64,000 bases of DNA, from assembly GCA_050258755.1 (NCBI GenBank), contig JBLMZI010000003.1, positions 77,131 to 141,130 of the forward strand, in the 5' to 3' direction. The stretch comes from Solirubrobacterales bacterium. Lineage in GTDB: Bacteria; Bacillota; Syntrophomonadia; Syntrophomonadales; DTU052. Below, piece by piece: positions 31,247 to 40,426 of this stretch (positions are counted from its first letter, which is position 1; each line of letters begins with the position of its first letter). The position numbers and the translations under genes are program-made. The notes beneath the pieces were generated by a model. The model was not told the DNA's origin. It did no database searches and saw nothing but the letters and a program-made list of their open reading frames with translations.

Positions 31247-32919
31247 GTTATTTCGTTTCCGGTGATGCGATATTTTTGCATCTTTCGGTAGAGGACCGAA
31301 CGGTGGATATGGAGCCGTTCCGCGGCCTGGGTTTTATTCCAGTTGGTTTCGTGCAGGGCTTCCAGGATCATGGCGCGTTCGGCTTCGGAACGAATTTGGT
31401 CCAAATCGCCGGCATTGGCGCTTTTGAGCCGGGTGGACTTCTGGTTGCGCAGATGGTCGGGCAGGTGTTCCATCTCGATGACGCCGTGATCACAGAAATT
31501 GACGGCTCGCTCCAGGGCGTTCTCCATCTCGCGGATATTGCCCGGCCAGTCATAGCCCTCAAAACAGTCCAGAACGCTTGGGGCGATGGCATTGACCTCG
31601 GTTCCCAGGCTGGCGTTCAGCCGGGTCAGCAGGTGCTTGGCCAGCATCTGGATATCCGGCCGGCGTTCGCGGAGCGGCGGCAGTCTCAACGCAATGACAT
31701 TGAGCCGGTAATACAGGTCTTCCCGGAATTTGCCCTGTGTGACCAATGCGGTCAGGTCGCGGTTGGTTGCGGCAATGATGCGGACATCGATCCGAATCGG
31801 CTTGACGCCGCCAACCCGTTCGAATTCGCGTTCCTGCAGCACCCGGAGCAGTTTGGCCTGCATGGACAGCGACATGTCAGCGATCTCGTCCAGGAAGATG
31901 CTGCCCCGGTTAGCGAGTTCGAATTTGCCAGGCTTTCCACCCTTTTTGGCGCCGGTAAAGGCGCCGTCGGTGTAGCCAAAAAGCTCCGACTCCAGGAGGG
32001 CTTCCGGAACCGCGGCGCAGTTGACCTTAATGAAAGGCCCCAGCCGCCGCGGGCTGGCGTTATGGATGGCGTGGGCAAAAATCTCTTTGCCGGTGCCGGT
32101 TTCACCCATGATCAGGATGGTGGAAAGGGTTCGGGCCGCGCGACGGGCCTGTTCCTTCTGCTGGATCAGGGCCGGATCCTGGCCGGCGATGTCGGCCAGA
32201 AAGTAGCTGGCGCTGCCCTGGGCGATACGCTCGATATAGTAATTCCAATCCCGTTTCTGCGAGGCCAGCCGGCACTTCACGATGACCCCAGCCGGCATGT
32301 CCTCCTCGTTGAACGGAAGGTAGGTCACATCGACCTTTTGCTCACGGATGACCAGCGGATCGCCGGAAACCGGCTTCCCGGTCTGCAAGGCCCGGTTGAA
32401 AAAGGCATTCGGGGAAAACGGCTCGACCGCCCCGCGGAGCTTCTCCAGGCTGTCGCAGTGGAAAAATTCATAACAGGGGCGGTTGCCATAGGTCACGACC
32501 CCCTGGGGGTCGAGAATCAAAACACCTTCGTACGGGTTTTCCAGGAAGGATTCAAGCTGAAGCTGGGACAGGTTTTCCGCCGGGCGGACGATGGCGTACG
32601 CGCCGCTGCGCCGGTTCTCTTCGCCGATCGGGCCCATATGGACCACAAAATCCCGCTGATTGGCGCGGATGGTGGTGCTGTAGCTGTTCTCGGCATGCCG
32701 GATGATGCGCTCAAAATCAAGATAAGGGCTTATCCGCGAACACGATTTGCCAATCAGTTCAGAGGACTTCAGGTCAAGCAGTTCTTCGGCGGTGGGGTTG
32801 ATCAATACGATCTTCAGGGCGGCGTCCACGATCACCAGCCCATCGGCGATATTGTCCAAGATGGGGGCCAGAAGCAGTTCTTCCCATTGAAGTCCCAGAT
32901 TCACCGACAATGCGTTCAC
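31234..32919 (-). CDS. PAS-PAS sigma-54-dependent transcriptional activator (bEBP)
   Basis: Two PAS-like regions, GETGTGKE, ESELFGYTDGAFTGA, FLDEI, WPGNIRE, Fis-type HTH. Confidence 0.95.
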   Translation of the reverse strand: MNALSVNLGLQWEELLLAPILDNIADGLVIVDAALKIVLINPTAEELLDLKSSELIGKSCSRISPYLDFERIIRHAENSYSTTIRANQRDFVVHMGPIGEENRRSGAYAIVRPAENLSQLQLESFLENPYEGVLILDPQGVVTYGNRPCYEFFHCDSLEKLRGAVEPFSPNAFFNRALQTGKPVSGDPLVIREQKVDVTYLPFNEEDMPAGVIVKCRLASQKRDWNYYIERIAQGSASYFLADIAGQDPALIQQKEQARRAARTLSTILIMGETGTGKEIFAHAIHNASPRRLGPFIKVNCAAVPEALLESELFGYTDGAFTGAKKGGKPGKFELANRGSIFLDEIADMSLSMQAKLLRVLQEREFERVGGVKPIRIDVRIIAATNRDLTALVTQGKFREDLYYRLNVIALRLPPLRERRPDIQMLAKHLLTRLNASLGTEVNAIAPSVLDCFEGYDWPGNIREMENALERAVNFCDHGVIEMEHLPDHLRNQKSTRLKSANAGDLDQIRSEAERAMILEALHETNWNKTQAAERLHIHRSVLYRKMQKYRITGNEITVSH

Positions 32920-33009
32920 CTGCCTGTTTCGATTCAGCCTGCGGAATGACGGAAAAAAATAGCCCCATCGGGCTGTGCGATCAAAGGAAAAGCCAAAAAG
33001 GCTTGAAGG

Positions 33010-33534
33010 TTATTTAGCTCGGGCTTTCAGCAGAGTTGTTCGCTGCACGATCGTGTCCAGTGTTGGTTCGTCCAGTTTTCCGGTTGCCGGCATGCCGTTT
33101 TGCTGCTGGAAGGACCGGATCGCCTCCGTTAAGGAAGCGTTTGAATAGCCGAGTTTGACCAGCATCTGGTGGACCTCTGCGGCTTCAGACGACGACAGAA
33201 CGTAGTCCGCGCCGTCTGAAGCGATGCCATGCACCGCAGTGCCGCCTTCGGGTACGGTCGATCGGGAATGCGTTTCGACCGGCTTTGAGGTTTCTTCGCT
33301 CGGTTTGGCAGTCTCGGTCTTCGGCTTGGACGTGGCTGGCTTGTACACCGTCCCGGCAGTGCCGGACTTCTGTTCGACAATCGGCAAATCTTCCTTGTGT
33401 TCCTGCGTTTTAGGCTGATTCAGTTTTTGCTCCACAATGATGTTCGTATAGCCGTTGATAATGCCGAATGTGGTGCCGAGCACGACCGCTGCCGCGACTA
33501 CCAGAACCAGGAAGATGATGTGTTCTTGCTTCAT
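33010..33534 (-). CDS. Membrane-anchored peptidoglycan-binding domain protein
   Basis: N-terminal TM, low-complexity K/T/P/S linker, AIRSFQQQNGMPATGKLD. Confidence 0.8.
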   Translation of the reverse strand: MKQEHIIFLVLVVAAAVVLGTTFGIINGYTNIIVEQKLNQPKTQEHKEDLPIVEQKSGTAGTVYKPATSKPKTETAKPSEETSKPVETHSRSTVPEGGTAVHGIASDGADYVLSSSEAAEVHQMLVKLGYSNASLTEAIRSFQQQNGMPATGKLDEPTLDTIVQRTTLLKARAK

Positions 33535-33692
33535 GACAACAACCCCCTGCCTACGCTTATTGTACCATCCAGTCCAAACGGCATCAATTGCGGGATTTTG
33601 GCTGAAATGGACCCCGGAAGCTTCGGCTGGCGAGCCGCTCACCTGCGATACGAAAGACTTCTTTCTGTCTGTCCCACCGCCCAAAACGAAAG

Positions 33693-33717
33693 AAAAAACC
33701 GGTGAATCCGGTTTTTT
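33693..33717. terminator. Intrinsic terminator
   Basis: aaaaaaccgg-tgaat-ccggtttttt. Confidence 0.7.
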
Positions 33718-33782
33718 CCCCTTATCGCGGCAGGTTTACAGACGCAGGAGAGGCACCCAAACCATTTCGCGCTAGAGTGAGT

Positions 33783-33998
33783 TTAGCGAACGATGCCGGT
33801 GGCAAACTCCGCGCGGGTGATGATGGTGATCTGCTCGATGGGAATGTAAAAAACCTCGGCGCCGCAAATGGTAATGAAATCGTCATTTACGTTCGTCATG
33901 ATGCCTTCCACGAATCCGACGTCACCTTCGGTCAGGACCCGCACACGGAAGTTCTGCAGGCTGCAGATCTGGTTAAAGAAATCGCGTCTAAAGGCCAC
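33783..33998 (-). CDS. Small DUF2642/YuzF-like (Sm-like) protein
   Basis: VRVLTEGD..EGIMTNVNDDFITI..YIPIEQI pattern; AAGGAGG SD. Confidence 0.65.
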   Translation of the reverse strand: MAFRRDFFNQICSLQNFRVRVLTEGDVGFVEGIMTNVNDDFITICGAEVFYIPIEQITIITRAEFATGIVR

Positions 33999-34054
33999 AG
34001 CAATACCCTCCTTTTCACTGGTTTCGACGCCTGTGGGCCGGTGTCTGGGTTATA

Positions 34055-34462
34055 CTATTCGGGCGCATTTCCAGTTGTTACACAATCATGCGGCTTCGAT
34101 TCGTGTACGGATTGTGCCACGGCGGTGACGTGCACGAGCGGAATGTAGGCGACAGGAAAGGGTGAATCGGACTGGAACAGGGTCAGGTAGCCGGGGTGAA
34201 GATCGATCAGCAGACCGTCAAAGAGGGCAGCCCCGTCAGTGTAGATCCGGACGGGGTGGTGCATAAGACCGGCAAGCAGATTGAGCGGTAAAAGCCCGGG
34301 GGAGTGCCTGGCTTCCACACGGAGGGCTTCGGAGGGCGGCAAGCCCGGACCGGTTCCCGACTCGGCCCGGCCGGTTTGCTGCCAGACGAGGGCGAGCCAG
34401 ATAGCCAGAAACATATTATTGCCCATTGGCAGCCTCGCATTGTTACCGGATCCATGTTCCAT
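34055..34462 (-). CDS. DUF2642-like protein (start uncertain)
   Basis: VRIYTDG..DGLLIDLHPGYLTL..YIPLVHV, same pattern as the downstream neighbour. Confidence 0.5.
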   Translation of the reverse strand: MEHGSGNNARLPMGNNMFLAIWLALVWQQTGRAESGTGPGLPPSEALRVEARHSPGLLPLNLLAGLMHHPVRIYTDGAALFDGLLIDLHPGYLTLFQSDSPFPVAYIPLVHVTAVAQSVHESKPHDCVTTGNAPE

Positions 34463-34517
34463 ATATATACCGGGCCCGGCCGGGAATGACCAAAGGAATC
34501 GGGATGCGGTGCGCGAA

Positions 34518-35123
34518 TCAAGAGAGCGGTTCTGTGCGAAACGCGCGGTCGATGATTCTTTCAGCCAGCCGTTTGTGGGCGCTGGCCTGAGCGGCCAACA
34601 TGATCACCAGCAGGAACAGGTCGGCGGTTTCGGTTTGCTGCGGCGACAAGCCTTCGGTTTTGGACCGGATCGCCCGGGCCTGTTCCAGGGTGCGTTCATA
34701 AAGGCAGGAGAGTTCCTGTTCTTTTAGATCGAGGAAGGTTTGATAGATATCTTCGAGCGGCAGCAGATCGTCATCCCGGATGGCGATGTTATTCAGCACC
34801 GGGGTGAACAATCGCTTGATATCGCTGAGCGCGAGAACACTTTTTAGCTGATAGATCAAGGAAAGCAGGATGATATGGTCTTTGCTGTACTTCTTATTGA
34901 CCGGCGGCATCAGAACACCGGCCTTGGTATAGTTATTGATCATAGTCCGGGTCAGGATTTTTTCATCCGGATCCCGTCGGGAATCTTTTAAGCGCGCATC
35001 CATCAAACCGGTTAACTGCTCGGCATACAGCGCGATATCCGGGATATCATCCAGCAGCAGTTCATTGTTTTTGATCAATTCCTCGGTTAATTCTTTCAGC
35101 CATTCCAAATCCATCTGCATCAC
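34518..35123 (-). CDS. DUF1836 family putative transcription regulator
   Basis: IPDIALY, LTRTMINNYTK, PPVNKKYS, LKSVL motifs. Confidence 0.88.
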   Translation of the reverse strand: MMQMDLEWLKELTEELIKNNELLLDDIPDIALYAEQLTGLMDARLKDSRRDPDEKILTRTMINNYTKAGVLMPPVNKKYSKDHIILLSLIYQLKSVLALSDIKRLFTPVLNNIAIRDDDLLPLEDIYQTFLDLKEQELSCLYERTLEQARAIRSKTEGLSPQQTETADLFLLVIMLAAQASAHKRLAERIIDRAFRTEPLS

Positions 35124-35137
35124 ATCTCCTCAACCCT

Positions 35138-35166
35138 ATTATATAGTATTGAATACTACGTGGGAA
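35138..35166 (-). promoter_or_regulatory. DUF1836 promoter with a palindromic operator in the spacer
   Basis: TTCCCA-17 nt-TATAAT; spacer contains tagtatt-g-aatacta (35144-35158). Confidence 0.6.
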
Positions 35167-35258
35167 CGGGACTGGAAACAAATGAAGGCGAAATACAGAG
35201 AAAAAAGGCGGGAGCGTGACGTAAACGTGCTGTATCGTGATTGCACCACACGACCAAC

Positions 35259-35293
35259 CATCTAGTAAACAAAACTAGATGTTGAGGTATAAT
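35259..35293 (+). promoter_or_regulatory. pspA operon promoter with upstream palindrome
   Basis: catctagt-aaacaaa-actagatg (35259-35281) then TATAAT at 35288-35293. Confidence 0.6.
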
Positions 35294-35393
35294 AAACCAA
35301 GTAATATATTATCACTAACGGCAGCGCGCGCCGCGAGGGAAGGAAAGAAGTTCGGTGTGAACCACACAGGAGGAACGAAAAGGGGGCTTAACG

Positions 35394-36059
35394 ATGGGTT
35401 TGTTCAAGCGGATCAGCGATCAGGTCCGGGCCAATGTGAATGCGGCTTTAGACCGGGCAGAAGATCCCGGGATTATGATGAATCAATATCTCCGGGATAT
35501 GGAAGATGACATCGTCGACGCCGAAGGGGCGGTCGCACGACAGATGGCCGTAGCCAGAAAGTTTTCCGCGCTCAGGGAGGAGACGGCAAAAAAGGTGCTG
35601 GAGAGAGAAGAACAGGCCAGAGAGGCTTTGCGTGTACAGAAAGAGGACCTGGCCCGCAAACTGCTGGTCGACAAAAAGGTTCTGACGGTCAAGACCGAGG
35701 AGTACGAAAAGCAAGCCAAATCGGCCGATCAGGTGGCGGAAACCCTGCGCGGCCAGCTTCGGGAGATGAAGAGCGAATACGAGCAGATGAAAGCCCGCCG
35801 GGATACGCTGGCGGCCAGAGCCCAGGCGGCGAAAGCCCAGTCGAAGGTGTACGAAAAGGTTGCGATGATCGGACGCGGCCAGGCTGCCAGTGATTTCAGC
35901 CGAATGGAAGAGCGGGTCATGGAATTGGAAGCCGAAGCATCGGTAAGACGAGACCTTGGAGCACAGGAGCGGTCTTTGGAAGCTGATCTCGCCGATCTGG
36001 GGATGGCGGCGATTGACGCCGAGCTGGCCGCCTTAAAGGCGTCGATCAAATCGGAATAG
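35394..36059 (+). CDS. pspA: PspA/IM30 family protein
   Basis: MGLFKRISD..LDRAEDP, long coiled coil, FSRMEERV..EAEA. Confidence 0.93.
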   Translation: MGLFKRISDQVRANVNAALDRAEDPGIMMNQYLRDMEDDIVDAEGAVARQMAVARKFSALREETAKKVLEREEQAREALRVQKEDLARKLLVDKKVLTVKTEEYEKQAKSADQVAETLRGQLREMKSEYEQMKARRDTLAARAQAAKAQSKVYEKVAMIGRGQAASDFSRMEERVMELEAEASVRRDLGAQERSLEADLADLGMAAIDAELAALKASIKSE

Positions 36060-36089
36060 ACTTCGGAAAGTGGCCGGGTGGGAGGAGGG

Positions 36090-36632
36090 ATGACTGTGCA
36101 GGAGCTGTATCTGGGATGCCTGGCCGGCGGCGCTCTTTTTACACTGATTACGTTTATCTTCGGCGATTTGCTGAATGGATTGTTTGATGGCGCCCTGGAT
36201 GGTGCGATTCCGGCTCATTTGGATTTTCTGTCGCCCATGGTGTCGGTTGGGGCGATTACTGCCTTCGGTGGGTGCGGATTGATTCTTTCAAAGTACACGG
36301 GCATGGCCGAAGGCACGGTATTCGGGGTTTCCGCATTGATTGCGGTGATCCTTGGCGGGGTTCTGTATTTCGGTTACTTGAAGCCGATGAAAAATGCAGA
36401 GAACTCTACCGGTTTTTCGATGAAGGACCTGGTTGGCAAGATTGGCGAGGTGACCACTCCGATCCCGGCCGAAGGGTATGGTGAGGTGGTTCTGCGGGTT
36501 GGCGCCGGCAGCACAAATCAGATCGGCGCTTCCATGGAACGAAAAGATCTTCCGGCGGGAATCCGCGTTGTGGTCGGCGAGGTGCGGGAAAGCGTGTTGT
36601 ACGTCTTTCGCTTTGATGAGGATGAGGAGTAA
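36090..36632 (+). CDS. NfeD-like membrane protein (YuaF/YqiJ type)
   Basis: Three TM helices then an OB-fold pattern LVGKIGEVTTPIPAEGYGEV. Confidence 0.85.
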   Translation: MTVQELYLGCLAGGALFTLITFIFGDLLNGLFDGALDGAIPAHLDFLSPMVSVGAITAFGGCGLILSKYTGMAEGTVFGVSALIAVILGGVLYFGYLKPMKNAENSTGFSMKDLVGKIGEVTTPIPAEGYGEVVLRVGAGSTNQIGASMERKDLPAGIRVVVGEVRESVLYVFRFDEDEE

Positions 36633-36645
36633 GGAGGCACTTTCA

Positions 36646-38160
36646 ATGTTAAGCTTTATGGGCATTCCACTGATTGTTACCCTGGTGATTCTGGTCCTGG
36701 GGATTGCGTTCTGGGCTCGGTATAAAACGGTGGGGCCGGACGAGGCCATGATCGTTACAGGTTCGTTTTTAGGGAGTAAAAACGTCTATTCGGACGAGTC
36801 CGGCCGGAAGATCAAGATCGTTCGTGGGGGCGGCGCGTTCATCATCCCGGTGTTTCAACGCGCGCAGTTCGTCTTCCTCCAGTCGCATAAACTGGATATT
36901 ACGACACCCGAGGTCTATACCGAACAGGGTGTGCCGGTCACGGCTGATGGTGTTGCGATTATCAAGATAGGGGGGGCGGTCGAAGATGTCGCGACCGCGG
37001 CGGAGCAGTTCATGCGCAAGCCGACCGAGGCGTTAAAGAGTGAGGCCCAGGAGGTTCTGGAAGGTCACCTGCGGGCGATTCTCGGCACGATGACGGTCGA
37101 GGAAGTGTACCGGAACCGCGACAAATTCGCTCAGGAAGTCCAGGGAGTTGCGGCCAAGGATTTAAAGAAGATGGGACTGCAGATCGTCTCATTCACGATC
37201 AAGGATGTCCGCGACAATCGCGGCTATCTGGAGGCTCTTGGGAAACCCCGGATTGCTCTGGTCAAACGGGATGCGGACATTGCGGAGGCCGAAGCGATCC
37301 GTGACACCCGACTGAAAAAGGCCCTTGCCGATGAGGAAGCCACCAAAGCCGAACTGCTTCGGGATACGAATGTGGCCGAGGCCGAGAAAGAAAAAGAACT
37401 GAAGACGGCCTCTTTTAAACGGGATCAGGACACCGCGAAGGCGGAGGCCGACCAGGCTTACGGCATTCAGCAGGCTCGTTCCAACCAGCAGGTGGTCGAG
37501 GAACAAATGAAGGTGGAGCTGGTCCGTAAAGACCGGGAAATCGATTTGCAGGAGAAAGAAATTCAGCGCAAGCAACGTCAGTTTGACGCCGAAATCCAGA
37601 AGAAAGCAGACGCCGACCGGTATGCCGTGGAACAGGCGGCGGAAGCCGACAAGGCGAAGAAGATGCGCGAGGCGGATGCGCTCCGCTATCGGATCGAAGC
37701 CGAAGCAAAGGCGAATGCGGAACAGAAGCGGCTGGAAGGGATGGCCGTGGCGGACGCGGAACGCGCAAAAGGGACGGCAGAAGCTGAAGTGGTCCGCCTG
37801 AAAGGGCTTGCTGAAGCGGAAGCGAAACAGAAACTGGCTGAAGCGTTCGAGAAATTCGGGCAAGCCGCGGTGCTGGACATCGTGGTGAAGATGATGCCGG
37901 AGCTGGCTGCCCGGATTGCGGAACCGCTCAAATCGATTGAAAAAATTACGGTGGTTGATACCGGGAGCGGAGCGGGGGCGGCACGGGTGAGCAATTATGT
38001 CACGACCCTGATGGCAACCGCGCCAACAATGCTGAAGGACGCCGCTGGCTTGGATCTCATGCAGATGATTCAATCCTTGACCGGAAGTGCCTCGGCACCG
38101 GCTGCAGCGGCTCAAGTACCGGCCGCGGAAGCAGCCGCAGCTCAAGAAATGGCGGTCTAA
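36646..38160 (+). CDS. Flotillin family (SPFH) protein, FloT-like
   Basis: RYKTVGPDEAMIVTG, LEGHLRAILG, AEA-rich coiled coil; AAGGAGG SD. Confidence 0.93.
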   Translation: MLSFMGIPLIVTLVILVLGIAFWARYKTVGPDEAMIVTGSFLGSKNVYSDESGRKIKIVRGGGAFIIPVFQRAQFVFLQSHKLDITTPEVYTEQGVPVTADGVAIIKIGGAVEDVATAAEQFMRKPTEALKSEAQEVLEGHLRAILGTMTVEEVYRNRDKFAQEVQGVAAKDLKKMGLQIVSFTIKDVRDNRGYLEALGKPRIALVKRDADIAEAEAIRDTRLKKALADEEATKAELLRDTNVAEAEKEKELKTASFKRDQDTAKAEADQAYGIQQARSNQQVVEEQMKVELVRKDREIDLQEKEIQRKQRQFDAEIQKKADADRYAVEQAAEADKAKKMREADALRYRIEAEAKANAEQKRLEGMAVADAERAKGTAEAEVVRLKGLAEAEAKQKLAEAFEKFGQAAVLDIVVKMMPELAARIAEPLKSIEKITVVDTGSGAGAARVSNYVTTLMATAPTMLKDAAGLDLMQMIQSLTGSASAPAAAAQVPAAEAAAAQEMAV

Positions 38161-38167
38161 GCAACAG

Positions 38168-38206
38168 AAAAGCGCCTGGTTCGGCTGAATGCCAAACCAG
38201 GCGCTT
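38168..38206. terminator. Terminator between convergent genes
   Basis: aaaagcgcctggtt...aaccaggcgctt. Confidence 0.7.
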
Positions 38207-38229
38207 CGCTGCGCAATCATTGATCCATT

Positions 38230-38688
38230 CTAAGCGGACAGATCGCATTCCATCCGAATTGTAGGCACACCTGTAAGGCGGGAAGGGAATTCTTCGCCGA
38301 TGGTGATAAAGCCATGCTTTTTATAAAACCCGACTGCCGTGACCCGGGCGTTCAGCCAGACTCGGCTGAATCCGAGCGATTGGGCTTTCTGGAAAAGAAG
38401 TCGGATTAATGCGGAGGCGACGCCATGTTTACGCAAGTCTTCGACCACGACCAGACCGATGATCTGCGCGGCTTCGTTATCGGTATTCAGGCTGACTGAG
38501 CCGACCACTTGCCCGGTCTCCTGATCGATTGCCACGATATGGGCCGAACGGGTTTCGGAATCGTCCAAGACCGCGTCAGCGGTCAGACCGACCGGAAAAT
38601 AGAAGACCCGCTCACGCAAAGCCCGGGCCTGCAGGTAGTAATCAGAGCCGTATTCGGTGTACTGACACGAATAGTTCAACTGCAACAC
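38230..38688 (-). CDS. GNAT family N-acetyltransferase
   Basis: LRERVF, LRKHGVASAL, LNAR..AVGFYKKHGF. Confidence 0.88.
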   Translation of the reverse strand: MLQLNYSCQYTEYGSDYYLQARALRERVFYFPVGLTADAVLDDSETRSAHIVAIDQETGQVVGSVSLNTDNEAAQIIGLVVVEDLRKHGVASALIRLLFQKAQSLGFSRVWLNARVTAVGFYKKHGFITIGEEFPSRLTGVPTIRMECDLSA

Positions 38689-38706
38689 TTCCTTAATGAG
38701 GGTAAA

Positions 38707-40386
38707 TCAGTCCTGATCCCGCCGCACCATGACCGGCGCGTGCGGCGCGCGCCGCCGTCGTTTCCCGCCGGAGCGCGACTGCAGCAGCAGGAAGAAAAAC
38801 AAAAGTCCGCTGACGCCCAGCCCGAAGCGGGCCTCTTGTATGTACCCTGTGATCTGCAGGGCGGTCGATGAGAGCAAAGCGGCCGCGAGCACCACCGCCC
38901 AGGCCAAAACCAGCACCGCCCGCTCCACACGCTGGAGCGATTTGTTGGTGTCCTTCATCGGGACCTTGACGGTCAGATCCCCGCGTTCAGTGCGGCGTAA
39001 GACCCGTTCGGCCAGTGGCGGCACTTCAACAATGGCCGAAGCCAGTGCGGTCGACTTACTGCGCAGTGCGGCGAAAAAGCCTTCATTGCCGCCGCCGAAG
39101 CGGGCCAGGTAAGGCTTGATTTCCGCCATGAAATTGATTTGCGGGTCCAGCCCGATGCAGAGGCCGTAAAGGGTCCCACCGGCCCGCCCGAGGAAGGTAT
39201 AATTGCCTGGAATCTGAAACGGCTGTTCATACAAAAGCTGCTCCAGGTCTTTCAGGAACTGCGATAGATCTTGATCGGTCCAGTCTTGGGACTCGCCGAA
39301 AAAGTGCTCGATGACCATGCCAACCGCGCGGGCGACGACTTCGTTGTCGGCATCAAGCTGCAGAAAGCCCATACGTTTGAAATAGACGACCACCATGGTA
39401 TAGTCCTGTTTGAGGATGGCCAGGGCCGCTTTGATCAGCAGATCCTGAATGTTCGGGGGAATGGTTCCCACCATGCCAAAGTCGATCATGATCAGCCGGC
39501 TGTCCGGCGTAATGAACAGGTTCCCCGGATGGGGATCGGCGTGGAAAAAACCATCGACCAGCACCTGTTTGACGTACGTTTTCAGCAGCAGGTTGGCGAC
39601 CTTTTTCCGATCAACCCCGGCCGCGGCGAGACCCTGATGATCAGTTACTTTGATGCCTTCCATGTATTCCATGGTCAGTACCCGGCGCCGGGTATAATCC
39701 CAGTGTATGCGCGGGACCAGCAAATCAGCTTCGTCCTGGTTGTTTGCCTGAATGGTTTCGGCGTTTTTGCCCTCGTTGATATAATCGAGCTCACGCCAGA
39801 TCGTTTCGCGGAATTCGTTGTAGATCGGATCGAACTCGATAAAGCGGCCCCAATCTGTGATCAGGTCGAGAATGGTGATGATGCGCCGAACGTTTTTTAA
39901 ATCCCATGCCACCAGTTCTTCGATATGAGGCCGCATCACCTTCACTGCCACCCGTTCGCCGCTGGTGAGCCGGGCCTTGTGAACCTGGCCCAACGATGCC
40001 GAAGCGACCGGGACGGGATCGATCTCGGCATAGATTTCCGAAAGCGGTTTGCCGAATTCCTTTTCGGCAACGGTCTGCACCTGGTCAAAAGGCACGCCCG
40101 CCACTTCATCCTGAAGACCGGCCAGTTCGTTGATGACCGCTTTCGGAAGAATATCAACCCTGGTGCTGAAAAACTGGCCAAGTTTAATCAAAAGTCCGCC
40201 GTTTTTGACCGCGGTTTCCCGGAACAAGCGGGCGTACCGGACAAACATTTCCTGGTGCTTCTGCTGTTTCCAAGCGGCCGATCTGAAGCGGCCGGCCAGC
40301 TTCACCCAGGCAAAGGCCAGTACAATCCGGTAAAACAGCCGCATGATCATCATGGAACGGAACAGACCCGTCAACACTTGCTTCAT
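38707..40386 (-). CDS. AarF/UbiB (ABC1) atypical protein kinase
   Basis: IKLGQ, LQD, ASASLGQVH, VAVKV, FFHADPHPGN, IDFGMVG; two C-terminal TMs. Confidence 0.93.
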   Translation of the reverse strand: MKQVLTGLFRSMMIMRLFYRIVLAFAWVKLAGRFRSAAWKQQKHQEMFVRYARLFRETAVKNGGLLIKLGQFFSTRVDILPKAVINELAGLQDEVAGVPFDQVQTVAEKEFGKPLSEIYAEIDPVPVASASLGQVHKARLTSGERVAVKVMRPHIEELVAWDLKNVRRIITILDLITDWGRFIEFDPIYNEFRETIWRELDYINEGKNAETIQANNQDEADLLVPRIHWDYTRRRVLTMEYMEGIKVTDHQGLAAAGVDRKKVANLLLKTYVKQVLVDGFFHADPHPGNLFITPDSRLIMIDFGMVGTIPPNIQDLLIKAALAILKQDYTMVVVYFKRMGFLQLDADNEVVARAVGMVIEHFFGESQDWTDQDLSQFLKDLEQLLYEQPFQIPGNYTFLGRAGGTLYGLCIGLDPQINFMAEIKPYLARFGGGNEGFFAALRSKSTALASAIVEVPPLAERVLRRTERGDLTVKVPMKDTNKSLQRVERAVLVLAWAVVLAAALLSSTALQITGYIQEARFGLGVSGLLFFFLLLQSRSGGKRRRRAPHAPVMVRRDQD

Positions 40387-40426
40387 GAATAACGCCTCTC
40401 GCTAGAGTATATCTCTGTGTATCGGA

